DNA of 64,000 nucleotides from Bacteroidota bacterium (lineage in GTDB: Bacteria > Bacteroidota > Bacteroidia > J057 > JADKCL01). The notes below the pieces were generated by a model. The model was not told the DNA's origin. It worked only from the letters and a program-made list of their open reading frames with translations, and searched no databases. The first letter of the stretch is position 1, and every line of letters begins with the position of its first letter. The stretch covers positions 48,936-112,935 of the forward strand of contig JANORP010000378.1 of assembly GCA_031415375.1 (NCBI GenBank), written 5' to 3'. Below are positions 18,391-28,535 of the stretch, in pieces. Position numbers and translations under genes: made by a program.

Positions 18391-20322
18391 TCATTCCACT
18401 ACCAAAATGCAGCGCCCGTGCTTGCCCGATGCTGTGCGCAGTGAGACTACTACAGCGCCTGCCTGCTGACCCAAGGTCGATCTCAGCTGCTTGGTGGCAT
18501 GTGTGCCCATGGGCAATACACTCAGGTCGCGCGTCCCCAAGGGCCTGCCATCAAGCCCATAGATCTCCAAGACCACCTGTTCTGCACGGGCCATCGTCCA
18601 TTGAATCTGGAAGGCTTCTTGTTGCATGCCCAACGGGTTGGGGAATACGCGCATTGCGAGCGTGGGCGTCACCGCATCTGCCATCCCGACGCCGCAATTG
18701 AGGCTAGGATCGACTTCCAACTCGACTGTAAACGACTCTGGCCCGAGCTTGTAGGTGACTTGATGCAGCCCCACGCCTGCAGCGGCTGCATCAAAACTGT
18801 CGCTACGCACATAGGCCCCCGACCAGATGCCGCCCGGCACGCTGGCGCGCAAGGCCACGACCGAGTCGCGCAGACATACCAGCGTATCGCCGGTGTAGCG
18901 CGGTCGCAGCCGTGCATAAAAGTCATCGACCCAATAGACGCGGTACAAGCTGGAATCTAGTACCGCATGCCACAATACCGACCCATTGGCCGTTATTTCT
19001 GTGATGCTGCGCCCACCCGAGGAGCCGATCACCCAGTTGCCGCTCGGCAGCCGATCCAGGTTGCCATCGTCGGCGCTGTAGTCTGCGGGCGGCAAGACGT
19101 GGTCCCAACTGATCTCCAGCCGTGGGTTGATGTAGGAGAAGTCGATCCACCACTCGATCACACGGCTCTGCGCGCCCAAGCCTTGGTTGTCGAAGCTCAA
19201 ATAGTAGCCTGCCCTCGAATTGCGCAAGGCATTTTGATGTGCAAATGTATCGGGCGGCAAAATCTCAATTGTGCCATCTAGCCCCAGCGTCCAGACGATG
19301 CCACCACCGCTGCGCACGATTTTGACGACCGTGCTACGGTCTCCAAAAGACAGCATGGGATTGCCGTCCCCGTCTTGCATCACCGAGTTGGCATCAAGCC
19401 AATTGACAGCTTGTGAGCCAAATTTGGGAACCCAGTCTCCGCCCGGGGCGGGACTCTCCAGCGGATCCAAGTGATCAAATGCCGACCAAGACCACACCAA
19501 GGCACCGCTAGGATCGATCTCCAAAATACCTGGCCCGACTACCAAGGCAGCAGGGTCGCCGCCGACCGAGGACTTGTCGATCGTGTCGAGGCGTGCCACA
19601 AGTACTAACCAATTGCCGTTGGGGAGGCGCACCACGTCGTGGTGCGCCATCCAGCCAGGCGCGATGCTGCTCAGTTGCACGCTGCGCAAGACGGTGCCAT
19701 CCAAGGCCAGTTCGCTCACCTGGTCGCATTCTGTGACGAATATGCTGTGGCTACTCGGCTGATAGCTATAGTGTTGGCAAGGACCATCATAAGCCGCTGC
19801 TGCGATGCCGGGCATGCGCTCATACCAAATCAGCTGCCCTTTGCGATCGTGGATTTGAAGATAACAGTCGGGATCCCCGCGCTGGGTATTGCTGAGCAAA
19901 TAGCCTGGCGGATCGCCAGCTGTGCCATTGACCACGAGCACATGCCCCACCGTCACGCCCACAGGCACCGCAGCGACCGTGAAGCTGCCCCATGGGCTGG
20001 CCACACAACCGAGGCTGTCAAAAGCAATAGCGCGGTAGCGATAGGTCGTCTGTGGAATGAGTCCCAAAACCGTGATGACATGGCTGGTACCCAAGGCACT
20101 CGCCCCGGTATGATGTACGATCGAGTCCACCCCGTCCCAATAGGCATATTCCACGAAACCCTGCACGGTTGCTGTTGTGGAGAATTGCACCTCGTAACGC
20201 AATACATTCCCAGCTTGCTGAGTCGCCGTGACATTGGTGGGGATCGATTGCGCTGGGGCGACCAAGGCAATTAGAAGCAGGGGCAAGCAGAGGAATGGAA
20301 GGTGCAAACGGTGCATAGTCAT
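18391..20322 (-). CDS. Arylsulfotransferase (ASST)-like beta-propeller protein with T9SS C-terminal domain
   Basis: Starting at ATG 20322 gives the signal peptide 'MTMHRLHLPFLCLPLLLIALVAPAQS'. The motifs 'MAHHDVVRLPNGNWLV', 'WSWSAFDHLDP' and 'NWLDANSVMQDGDGNPMLSFGDRSTVVKI' resemble the ASST family. The tail is 'MRVFPNPLGM...RCILVVE'. The functional call is recollection-based. Confidence 0.55.
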   Translation of the reverse strand: MTMHRLHLPFLCLPLLLIALVAPAQSIPTNVTATQQAGNVLRYEVQFSTTATVQGFVEYAYWDGVDSIVHHTGASALGTSHVITVLGLIPQTTYRYRAIAFDSLGCVASPWGSFTVAAVPVGVTVGHVLVVNGTAGDPPGYLLSNTQRGDPDCYLQIHDRKGQLIWYERMPGIAAAAYDGPCQHYSYQPSSHSIFVTECDQVSELALDGTVLRSVQLSSIAPGWMAHHDVVRLPNGNWLVLVARLDTIDKSSVGGDPAALVVGPGILEIDPSGALVWSWSAFDHLDPLESPAPGGDWVPKFGSQAVNWLDANSVMQDGDGNPMLSFGDRSTVVKIVRSGGGIVWTLGLDGTIEILPPDTFAHQNALRNSRAGYYLSFDNQGLGAQSRVIEWWIDFSYINPRLEISWDHVLPPADYSADDGNLDRLPSGNWVIGSSGGRSITEITANGSVLWHAVLDSSLYRVYWVDDFYARLRPRYTGDTLVCLRDSVVALRASVPGGIWSGAYVRSDSFDAAAAGVGLHQVTYKLGPESFTVELEVDPSLNCGVGMADAVTPTLAMRVFPNPLGMQQEAFQIQWTMARAEQVVLEIYGLDGRPLGTRDLSVLPMGTHATKQLRSTLGQQAGAVVVSLRTASGKHGRCILVVE

Positions 20323-20327
20323 GCAAT

Positions 20328-21167
20328 TTAGGGCTTTTCGCAGTGTAAAACATGCCAAAAGAGAAACGCAGCCAAACCAGTGAAGAGGTGCCACGCGGCA
20401 TGCAGTTGCAGGAGGCCATCGGGGTCACACCCGATTTTGGCGAGGTCCAAGCTGCGGCAAATGAGCGACAAGATGAGTGCTGCCACGCCCGCCAGCAACA
20501 TACGCCCATCGAGCTTGCCCCTGAGACGTAGGTACAAGGCGACCACCAGGAGCAATCCTAGCAACATCAAGATCGGCAGCGCGATCTTGCCCTCGATGCG
20601 CCACTTGAACACATACATCAACACTGCCGCTGCCACCGCTGCCGTGAGCCAGCCGATTTGTATCCGCTGGCCATCTGCCCCTCGCAACAATCCCATCCAG
20701 CGGTAGCCGCCCATGGCCACCAAGCTCAGCGACAAGGCATAGGTAAATGCCATGTCCCAGTGCTGGCCCACACGTGTGACCGAGGCGTGAAAAAAGAAAC
20801 TCCCAAAACACAACCCGATCAGGGTCAATGCCATCCAAATCGTCATTGCTGGAAACCGCTGCAAAGCATTGCGTGGCGAAACGGCACGGGCATCTTGCAC
20901 GCCCACGACGAGCATCCACACACCTAGAAAAAAGTAGCAGAGATTGGACCAGGCATTGACGGGCTGCCGAATGAAGGCATCGAAATGATTGCGCTCGCAG
21001 TATTCATCGGTGAGACCAGCCTTGGAGAGTGGCAAATGCAGCCAAGTCTCGCCTGTGGCGGAATAAAATGCGAGCACCATGCCTATGCTTAGGCCGAGCG
21101 TGGCTATCAGCGCAATTGCGAGTGGTTGTTGCCGGGATGACATATCGCTAAGGGCACGCTCGATCAT
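20328..21167 (-). CDS. Alkaline ceramidase-family integral membrane protein
   Basis: Multi-pass hydrophobic protein. 'PVNAWSNLCYF', 'FFFHASVTRVGQHWDM' and 'LHAAWHLFTG' match the conserved Asn/His motifs of the ceramidase/PAQR-like family. Confidence 0.6.
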   Translation of the reverse strand: MIERALSDMSSRQQPLAIALIATLGLSIGMVLAFYSATGETWLHLPLSKAGLTDEYCERNHFDAFIRQPVNAWSNLCYFFLGVWMLVVGVQDARAVSPRNALQRFPAMTIWMALTLIGLCFGSFFFHASVTRVGQHWDMAFTYALSLSLVAMGGYRWMGLLRGADGQRIQIGWLTAAVAAAVLMYVFKWRIEGKIALPILMLLGLLLVVALYLRLRGKLDGRMLLAGVAALILSLICRSLDLAKIGCDPDGLLQLHAAWHLFTGLAAFLFWHVLHCEKP

Positions 21168-21766
21168 TGGAACAATTCTGGATAATCCTTCCCCAGTTTG
21201 GCTTGTTGATCTTCTGCTTGCTGACTGGTTTTGGGGGCCGCTTTGGAGTTGTCGAGCGCGGCCAGGCCGTCATAAGGATGCAGCAAATATTCCAAGACTG
21301 CCAAGCATACAATTCCAACAGCAACCGCGAAGGCGAGCTCGGTCGGAACCAAATGCATACGCATGAGGCTGACCATCGTCGTCACGATCAAGACCACCAG
21401 CAATCGCAGAATGTCGCGCGTGCCCTTGGTGGATTTGAGGTAAAAATGGATGCCATAAATGACCATCATGCCGAGCATCGCCACGGCCATGAGGGGCATC
21501 ACAAATGGCCAATGCATGATCTGAAAAAGCACCGTGAGCATGTAAAGGGCGACCACGATCGACCCATAACGGCGCAAAGGAGATGCTTGAAAAATACCCG
21601 AGCGCCAGAGCAAGTTGAGGCCCGCAGCACAACAGACCCACGCGAAAAGATAGGCAAAGCGCCATATCCTGGCCTCCACCGCAAACCCCATCCACTCAAC
21701 CCCAGTGGCGACACCATAGGCCAATCCAAGCCCCAAAACGATCATGGCTTGATGCCGTTTTTCCAT
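21164..21766 (-). CDS. Hypothetical membrane protein
   Basis: 200-aa hydrophobic ORF with a 4-nt overlap onto the downstream ceramidase-like gene. It contains an 'IMHWP' motif that is common in small Bacteroidota membrane proteins. Confidence 0.6.
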   Translation of the reverse strand: MEKRHQAMIVLGLGLAYGVATGVEWMGFAVEARIWRFAYLFAWVCCAAGLNLLWRSGIFQASPLRRYGSIVVALYMLTVLFQIMHWPFVMPLMAVAMLGMMVIYGIHFYLKSTKGTRDILRLLVVLIVTTMVSLMRMHLVPTELAFAVAVGIVCLAVLEYLLHPYDGLAALDNSKAAPKTSQQAEDQQAKLGKDYPELFQ

Positions 21767-21925
21767 CGGGTGAAGATAGGGAATGATAGTGAAGAATTTT
21801 GGGGGTCGATGATGGTCGTATAGGCGACGATTTACACCAAAGCCATCTCGATCGAATTACTTCCAACAATTATTTAGGTAGCTTTAAGCTGAAGAAGATG
21901 TTCTGTACAAAAAGCGTTGAACCTT

Positions 21926-24900
21926 ATGAAACGATTGTTACCCTTCCTTTTCTGCACATTCTTTGCGATAGCTGGATTTGGCCAGCAGCGCTATGACTTG
22001 CTGTTGCGCAATGGCAATATCGAGCTGCCAGCCAACGCAGAGGATTTTGTGCGTGGTTTCCAGCCCCGCAGAGACCAGCTTTTTGCAGGTCGTTACTACT
22101 TGGTCGTGCAATTTGCAGCCATTCCCACACAGCCTGAAAAGGAGGCTATGGAACGCGAAGGCTTGCGTTTTGTCGATTATCTGCCCTACAATGCCTACGT
22201 CATTTCGATTCCCAGCAGCTATAGCTTGCGCAAGCTCGCCGACCACGGCGCTCGCAGCTTCATGGAACCCAATGACCGCATCCGCTTCTCGCATGCGCTC
22301 TACACCGGCCAATATCCCGCTTGGGCATTGCAAGGCGACAAAATCGAGCTCATGGTGCAGCCTTATGCCGATATTGCCAAAGCGGCTGTCGTCACTGACC
22401 TCGGCAAGTATTTTGAACTCGTGGGCGAGGATGCACACCCCCGCAGCGTGCGCCTGCGGGTCGAGACGAGCCGTCTCTACCACTTGCTGCAATTTCCCTA
22501 CATCCAATTTTTGGAGCCCATCGCCCCGCCATCCACACCCGACGACAATGCCGGCCGCAGCCTGCACCGCTCCAATGCGATCAATGCCGACTACAGTGCC
22601 GGCCGCCACTACGACGGCACAGGCGTGACCGTGGGCCTCGCCGACGACGGCTCGATCGGACCTCACATCGACCGCGAGGGCCGCCTCACACAGTTTGCGA
22701 CGAGCAACAATGGCACGCATGGCGACATGACAAGCGGCATCTTCTTTGGAGCTGGCAACCGCGAGCCCAAGGTGCGCGGCCATGCCTCGGGTGCCTATTG
22801 CTACTATTGGGACATCGGTACATATACCCATATCGTCGATGCAGTGGCCCACTGGAATACCTATGGTGTGATCCTCACTTCCACCAGCTATAGCCAAGGC
22901 CAGGGTGGCGTGTACACCACCGATTCTAAATTTATCGATGACCAGATCTTCGGCAACCGTCAGCTGGAGCACGTCTTTTCCGCAGGCAATGCTGGCTCAG
23001 CCGACCATGGCTATGGCGCCGGGCCTGGCTGGGGCAATATCACAGGCGGCTACAAAGCCTCCAAGAGCGTGATCACCTGCGGTGACATGAACAACAATGG
23101 CGTGCTGGAAAGCACCAGCTCACGCGGCCCCGCAGACGACGGCCGCATCAAGCCAGACATCTGCGCCAATGGCTACGGGCAACTCAGCACCGACGAAAAC
23201 AATAGCACCCAGATCGGCAGCGGTACATCTGCCGCCGCACCCAGCATTGCTGGCACGACCACACAGCTCTACCATGCCTACAAGTCCTTGCACGGTGGCC
23301 AAAATCCTGAATCTGCCCTCATCAAGGCTTGCATTCTGAACACAGGCAACGAGGTCGGCAATGCAGGCCCAGACTACAAGCATGGCTGGGGCCAAATCAA
23401 CGCCCTGCGTGCCGTGCGCCTCCTCGAGCAAAATCAATACCGCCTTGACTCGGTCACACAAGGCCAGACACGCACACAAACCATCAGCGTACCCAGTGGT
23501 GTGCAAGAGCTGCGGGTCATGGTCTATTGGGCAGACCGTGGTGGCAATCCTGCCGCTGCCAAGGCATTGGTCAATGACCTCAACATCCAGGTGACAGCGG
23601 GTAGCGTGTACAATCCTTGGGACCTGGATCCAACCCCCAATGCCACCAATCTCAACACGCCTGCCGTGCGTGGCATCGATGACCTCAACAATATGGAGCA
23701 AGTCACCATCGCCAATCCACCTGCTGGCAATGCAACCTTGACCATCAATGGATTTGCTGTGCCACAAGGTCCACAGCGCTTTTGGGTCGTCTATGAGTTT
23801 GTGGTGCCTGGTGTCGAGACGACCTATCCCATCGGCGGTGAAGGTTTCGTCCCCGGCGAAACCGAGAAAATTCGCTGGGACGCCAATGGCACGACTGGCA
23901 ATTTCACCTTGGATTACACCACCAACAATGGTACAAGCTGGACCGTGATTTCCGCCGCTATTGCCAGCACTGCACGCTACTTTGATTGGACAGTACCCAC
24001 CTCTGTGACGGGGCAAGCCCGTGTGCGTGTGACCGCTGGTGCCTACAGCGACCAGAGCGATGCCAATTTCACCATCGCCTACTTGCCTACCAACATCAGC
24101 ATCACCTATATCTGCCCCGACTCGATCGGCGTGCAATGGACAGGTGCCACGGGTGCTACAGGCTACGAACTCAGCATCCTCGGCCCCAAATACATGGACT
24201 CGGTCGCAGTTGCAAGCGGCACGACTGGTGTGATACGCAATCAAAATCCCGCCGTCGATCATTGGTATAGCGTGCGGGCCTTGCAGGGTAGCGGCAAGGG
24301 TCGCAGGGCCATTGCGATCTTTCGTGCAAGCGGCACCTTCAATTGCACAGTGCCGACCGATGTGGAACTGACACAGGTGGCCAATCCTGGCGCGGGCACC
24401 GTCCAAAGCTGCCAAGCCTCGGCGACCACTCCGGTCACCGTGCGCGTCACCAACTTGGGCACGTCTGCGGCGAGCAATATTCCAGTCTCCTACCGCTTCA
24501 ACAATGGCGCAGTCAATACCGAAACGCTGGCAGGCCCTCTCAACAGTGGTGCCTCTGCCAACCACACATTCGTGAGCACCGTGAATTTGAGCGTTGCTGG
24601 CACCTATCCATTGAAGGCTTGGGTGGGCCTCGCTGGCGATGGCAACCGCTACAATGACACCCTCACGCAAAGCACGACCATCGTGCCGGGAGTTTTGATG
24701 ACATTGCCCCTGACACAAAACTTTGAAAGCCTCACGGTCTGTCCCACGACAGCCGACTGCGGCACGACAAGCTGCACACTCAATAGTGGCTGGGTCAACA
24801 ATGCCAATGGCACGATCGACGACATCGATTTTCGCGTGAGCTCGGGTGCGACCCCATCGACAACGACAGGTCCTGATGTCGATCACACCTTGGGTTCCGC

Positions 24901-26323
24901 CACAGGAAAATACGCCTACCTGGAAGCGTCGGCCTGCTTCGGTGCCACCGCGGAATTGGTCTCGCCCTGCCTTAACCTCAATGGTACGACAGCTCCACAG
25001 CTTGTCTTTTGGTACCACATGTATGGTGCCGACATGGGCGAACTGCACGTGGATGTTTCCTCCAATGGATCTTGGACGCTCGATGTCATGACGCCAATCA
25101 CTGGCGACCAAGGCAATCAATGGCGCCAAGCTACAGTGAACCTGGTTCCCTATATTGGTACGACGATCAACGTGCGTTTCCGTGGCATCACGGGAGCAGA
25201 ATTTACGAGCGACATCGCACTGGACGATATCGGGCTGCTAGAGGCCAATGCAGCACCAGTGCCTGCATTTATTGGCTCACCTACAACCACGTGCCCTGGA
25301 CGCACAGTGACCTTCACCGACCAAAGTATCAACAGTCCCAATGCCTGGGCATGGACGATTGCACCCAACACGTTCACCTATGTCGGCGGCACAAGCGCGA
25401 CATCACAACACCCGCAGGTGCAGTTCAGTGCTGCCAGTCTGTACACGGTGACCTTGGTCGCGACCAATTCATTTGGCAGCCAGACGGTGACCCAAACGAA
25501 TTATATCAACATCAGCAGTGGTGCCTTGGCGCCTATTGTGGAGCCTTTCCAAGGGCCTTTTACACCAACTGGCTGGACCATCGCCTCAGCAGGCGGAGCC
25601 TATACATGGGCACAATCGGCGAGCATCATCGGCACGACCGGTACACCTACCGTGGCGGCCTATGTCGAAAACTACAACTACAACAACCCTGGTGCTGAGG
25701 ACAAACTGATCACCTTCCCGATCGACCTCACCGGGCAGACCGTCGCTTCTTTGACCTTCGATGTCGCCTATGCGCGCTACAGTTCCACGCTGTTTGACGG
25801 ATTGCGCGTCGATGTGAGCACCGATTGTGGCGCGACTTGGCCCAATGCTGTGTACAACAAAAGCGACTCGATCTTGGCGACCATCGAAGATCAGGCTGGA
25901 AGTTGGTTCCCTGACTCCATGAGCCAATGGCGCAATGAGTTCGTCGATTTGACTGCTTTTGCAGGTCAGCGCATCGTCATCCGGTTTGTAAACGTCAACG
26001 GTTATGGCAACAACCTCTTTGTGGACAATGTAAATGTCACAGGCTTGATCAGTGTGGCCAATAGCTACAATCCGATCGGCTTGCAAGTCTGGCCCAATCC
26101 TGCCAATGGCCTCTTCAACGTCGCCATCGGCCAATTGCCCGATGGCCCCGCGCATATCCAAGTCTATGATTTGGCAGGCCGCAAGGTGAGCCACACGGTG
26201 CTGCAAAGCACGGGCGGCAACTGGCAAGGGCAGGTCGATCTGCGTGCGATTCCCAAGGGTGTCTATTACCTGCGAGTGGAGGCCGACGGTTACCGTGGCG
26301 TCCACAAGATTGTGATCCAATAG
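21926..26323 (+). CDS. Subtilisin-like S8 serine protease with MAM domain(s), PKD domain and T9SS C-terminal domain
   Basis: ATG 21926 gives 'MKRLLPFLFCTFFAIAGFGQQ'. S8 catalytic motifs are 'GLADDG', 'GTHGDMTSG' and 'GSGTSAAAPSIAG'. The MAM-like region runs 'FESL...DIDFRVSSGATPSTTTGPDVDHTLG...YAYLEAS...LVFWYHMYGADMGELHV...DIALDDIGL'. The PKD-like region is 'VTFTDQS...YTVTLVATNSFGS'. The tail is 'LQVWPNPANGLFNV...GVHKIVIQ'. Confidence 0.9.
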   Translation: MKRLLPFLFCTFFAIAGFGQQRYDLLLRNGNIELPANAEDFVRGFQPRRDQLFAGRYYLVVQFAAIPTQPEKEAMEREGLRFVDYLPYNAYVISIPSSYSLRKLADHGARSFMEPNDRIRFSHALYTGQYPAWALQGDKIELMVQPYADIAKAAVVTDLGKYFELVGEDAHPRSVRLRVETSRLYHLLQFPYIQFLEPIAPPSTPDDNAGRSLHRSNAINADYSAGRHYDGTGVTVGLADDGSIGPHIDREGRLTQFATSNNGTHGDMTSGIFFGAGNREPKVRGHASGAYCYYWDIGTYTHIVDAVAHWNTYGVILTSTSYSQGQGGVYTTDSKFIDDQIFGNRQLEHVFSAGNAGSADHGYGAGPGWGNITGGYKASKSVITCGDMNNNGVLESTSSRGPADDGRIKPDICANGYGQLSTDENNSTQIGSGTSAAAPSIAGTTTQLYHAYKSLHGGQNPESALIKACILNTGNEVGNAGPDYKHGWGQINALRAVRLLEQNQYRLDSVTQGQTRTQTISVPSGVQELRVMVYWADRGGNPAAAKALVNDLNIQVTAGSVYNPWDLDPTPNATNLNTPAVRGIDDLNNMEQVTIANPPAGNATLTINGFAVPQGPQRFWVVYEFVVPGVETTYPIGGEGFVPGETEKIRWDANGTTGNFTLDYTTNNGTSWTVISAAIASTARYFDWTVPTSVTGQARVRVTAGAYSDQSDANFTIAYLPTNISITYICPDSIGVQWTGATGATGYELSILGPKYMDSVAVASGTTGVIRNQNPAVDHWYSVRALQGSGKGRRAIAIFRASGTFNCTVPTDVELTQVANPGAGTVQSCQASATTPVTVRVTNLGTSAASNIPVSYRFNNGAVNTETLAGPLNSGASANHTFVSTVNLSVAGTYPLKAWVGLAGDGNRYNDTLTQSTTIVPGVLMTLPLTQNFESLTVCPTTADCGTTSCTLNSGWVNNANGTIDDIDFRVSSGATPSTTTGPDVDHTLGSATGKYAYLEASACFGATAELVSPCLNLNGTTAPQLVFWYHMYGADMGELHVDVSSNGSWTLDVMTPITGDQGNQWRQATVNLVPYIGTTINVRFRGITGAEFTSDIALDDIGLLEANAAPVPAFIGSPTTTCPGRTVTFTDQSINSPNAWAWTIAPNTFTYVGGTSATSQHPQVQFSAASLYTVTLVATNSFGSQTVTQTNYINISSGALAPIVEPFQGPFTPTGWTIASAGGAYTWAQSASIIGTTGTPTVAAYVENYNYNNPGAEDKLITFPIDLTGQTVASLTFDVAYARYSSTLFDGLRVDVSTDCGATWPNAVYNKSDSILATIEDQAGSWFPDSMSQWRNEFVDLTAFAGQRIVIRFVNVNGYGNNLFVDNVNVTGLISVANSYNPIGLQVWPNPANGLFNVAIGQLPDGPAHIQVYDLAGRKVSHTVLQSTGGNWQGQVDLRAIPKGVYYLRVEADGYRGVHKIVIQ

Positions 26324-26346
26324 GCATCACGACTGCGCACCCAATG

Positions 26347-26387
26347 AAAACCCCCGCCTGACTCGATCAGGCGGGGGTTTTGCTTTT
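26347..26387 (+). terminator. Rho-independent terminator after the S8 protease gene
   Basis: A perfect 15-bp stem, AAAACCCCCGCCTGA (26347-26361) paired with TCAGGCGGGGGTTTT (26367-26381), followed by GCTTTTCC. Confidence 0.8.
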
Positions 26388-26500
26388 CCGATAGGCTACT
26401 TCTATCAGCTGTTATCTTCCTTGTTTTTCATTGCGCTTCCCCAAAACTCCCGTGCGATGGATGCAGGCAGATCGAAAATTTATCTTTGCCGAGACGGGAT

Positions 26501-26971
26501 TCAGTCGTCGGCTCCAGGAATCTCAGATGAGAAACCGATGCCATTCCCTTTTCTTTTCACGCGATAGACCGCCTTGCCCTCGGCGATGAGTTCGCCAGTG
26601 GATTCATGGTAGGCCTTCATGCGGGTCACAATGATGGCGCTGCCACTGCGCACGATTTCACCCTCGGCGATCACATGGTCGGGCTTGGCCGGTTCCAAGT
26701 AATCGACTCTGATGTCTATGGAGGAAATCATGTCGTCGGGCCCTGTGAGTGTGGTGATGGCAGCTGCACCGCCCGCTGAGTCGAGCAGACAGGCGATGAT
26801 GCCCCCATGCATGCGCTGTGATCGCGGGTCGCCCTCCAATTCTGGTCGATAGGGCAAATACAGCTGTGCCCAACCCGGTTTCACATCCCGCAAGGTGATG
26901 CCCAAAAATCGATGTACAGGGATCATCTCGTCGATCACTTGGATCATGACCTTTTTCAACGCGTCTTCCAT
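26501..26971 (-). CDS. PaaI-family hotdog-fold thioesterase
   Basis: 'MHGGIIACLLDSAGGAA' is the PaaI/DUF4442-type motif. The start was moved to ATG 26971 (MEDALKK...), which removes the overlap with the upstream M20 gene. Confidence 0.75.
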   Translation of the reverse strand: MEDALKKVMIQVIDEMIPVHRFLGITLRDVKPGWAQLYLPYRPELEGDPRSQRMHGGIIACLLDSAGGAAAITTLTGPDDMISSIDIRVDYLEPAKPDHVIAEGEIVRSGSAIIVTRMKAYHESTGELIAEGKAVYRVKRKGNGIGFSSEIPGADD

Positions 26972-27038
26972 TGCGGCAAAGGTTGGAAAGTTTGCGCTGA
27001 GTGGCAATATAAAAGCACCGCGACCAGCTTGAAAAAGA

Positions 27039-28535
27039 TCAATGCTGTCGCTTGGCCCCATTGCCATTGCTTTCTTTGCCAGTGTCTTTGGGTACCTGGA
27101 TGTGAAACATCAGCATGTAGAAGGCCAAGACGTCGTCGCATGCCCGCACTGAGATGCGTTCGTCGGTATTGTGGATGCGGCTCGCCTCGTCTTTGTGAAT
27201 GCAAAAGGGTGAGAAACGAAACAGGTTCTTGCTCAGCTTCAAGAAGTGCTTGCTGTCGGTCCCTGCGGGCATGAGGGCTGGCGAAACGATCGCGTTTGGA
27301 TATACCCCAAGGATGGCGGATTTGATGCAGGCAAATTCGGGTCCGGTATGACTCGTGACAGGCGAGGCCTCGGTGGCATCGGGCAATAGCGTGACTAGCA
27401 CGCGGGGATCATGGATCATTTCATGGATGTGGGCCATCACGTGTGCAATGCTGTCGCCAGGCATCGTGCGCACATTCAGATTCACCTTGGCTTCCTTGGG
27501 CAAGACATTGTTTTTGACGCCGCCTGTGATGATCGTGGGCGAAATCTTGGTGCGAATGATGGCATCTGTGCGGGAATCCTTGGCCAATGCCTTCAATATC
27601 AACCGCCTGAACAGGCCCACATTGCTCATCGCTAATTGTGTCTTTTTGTCCATGAGCGGAGCGGCATTGATCAAGCTCTGGATGACCAGCGGCAAGAGAT
27701 GCTCCTCCATTGGATTTTTTTGGAGGCGGTCTAGGGCGACTGCCAGTGTGCCGATCACCGATTCCAAGGGTGGCGCGGCAGAATGCCCACCGTCTCCCAA
27801 TACTTTCAGCTCGATATTGGCGTGGCCTTTCTCTGCGAGTCCCACCAAGGCGACGGGCGGGTCGGTCTCTGAAAAGGCACCCAAGATCAAACTGAGGCCC
27901 TCGTCGAGCACCCACCCGAGGTGCACACCGCGCGCCTCCAAATGGTCGGCGATCTTGGCGGCTCCTTGGTTGCCGCCGACCTCTTCATCATGCCCAAAGG
28001 CAAGGTAGATCGTGCCTTGTGGCTCAAAACCAGCCGCCAAGAGACGCTCTGCCGCCTCCATCAAACACACAATCAAGCTTTTGGTATCCAGCGCCCCTCG
28101 TCCCCAGATATAGCCATCTGCGATGTCGCCAGAAAATGGAGGGTGCGTCCAGCCCGTACCATCTTCGGTTTCCACGGGTACGACGTCCTGATGTGCGTAA
28201 TACATCACGGGGGGTTTGCTGCTGTCGCTCCCCTCCCACTTGTAAAGCAACGAGTGCCCCCCGATGATCTGCAGCCCCATGTGAGCATGCACGAGTGGAA
28301 AGCTGCGACGCATCATGCTGTGCAGATCGGTGAATGATTGCCAATCAGTCTTATTGGTGTCTGCATGCGACACCGTTGGGAAACGGATCATGGCCGCTAT
28401 CTTCTGAGACAGCGTCAAGTCTGCCTGTGCCTCGAGATGGCTGGGGAGGCAGATTGCAAACCATCCTAACAAAAATATATGGGTGGACCAGCGTTTAGCC
28501 CTCGACATGGTAGGATTCGAGTTCCAAGGCGACAT
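27039..28535 (-). CDS. M20-family metallopeptidase (carboxypeptidase/dipeptidase-like), secreted
   Basis: 'YAHQDVVPV', 'GRGALDTKS' and 'GHDEEVGG' are M20 metal-binding and catalytic motifs. The N-terminus is signal-like ('IFLLGWFAICLPSHLEAQ'). An alternative start lies at 28508. Confidence 0.85.
   Translation of the reverse strand: MSPWNSNPTMSRAKRWSTHIFLLGWFAICLPSHLEAQADLTLSQKIAAMIRFPTVSHADTNKTDWQSFTDLHSMMRRSFPLVHAHMGLQIIGGHSLLYKWEGSDSSKPPVMYYAHQDVVPVETEDGTGWTHPPFSGDIADGYIWGRGALDTKSLIVCLMEAAERLLAAGFEPQGTIYLAFGHDEEVGGNQGAAKIADHLEARGVHLGWVLDEGLSLILGAFSETDPPVALVGLAEKGHANIELKVLGDGGHSAAPPLESVIGTLAVALDRLQKNPMEEHLLPLVIQSLINAAPLMDKKTQLAMSNVGLFRRLILKALAKDSRTDAIIRTKISPTIITGGVKNNVLPKEAKVNLNVRTMPGDSIAHVMAHIHEMIHDPRVLVTLLPDATEASPVTSHTGPEFACIKSAILGVYPNAIVSPALMPAGTDSKHFLKLSKNLFRFSPFCIHKDEASRIHNTDERISVRACDDVLAFYMLMFHIQVPKDTGKESNGNGAKRQH

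Noticed and set aside
23120-25129. 669-aa minus-strand ORF
   Set aside because: It is antisense to the S8 protease/MAM gene. It has shadow-ORF composition and no signal or motif.
26972-27067. N-terminal 32-codon extension of the PaaI thioesterase ORF
   Set aside because: The extension overlaps the 3' end of the upstream M20 gene. Homologous hotdog thioesterases start near the MEDALKK... position.
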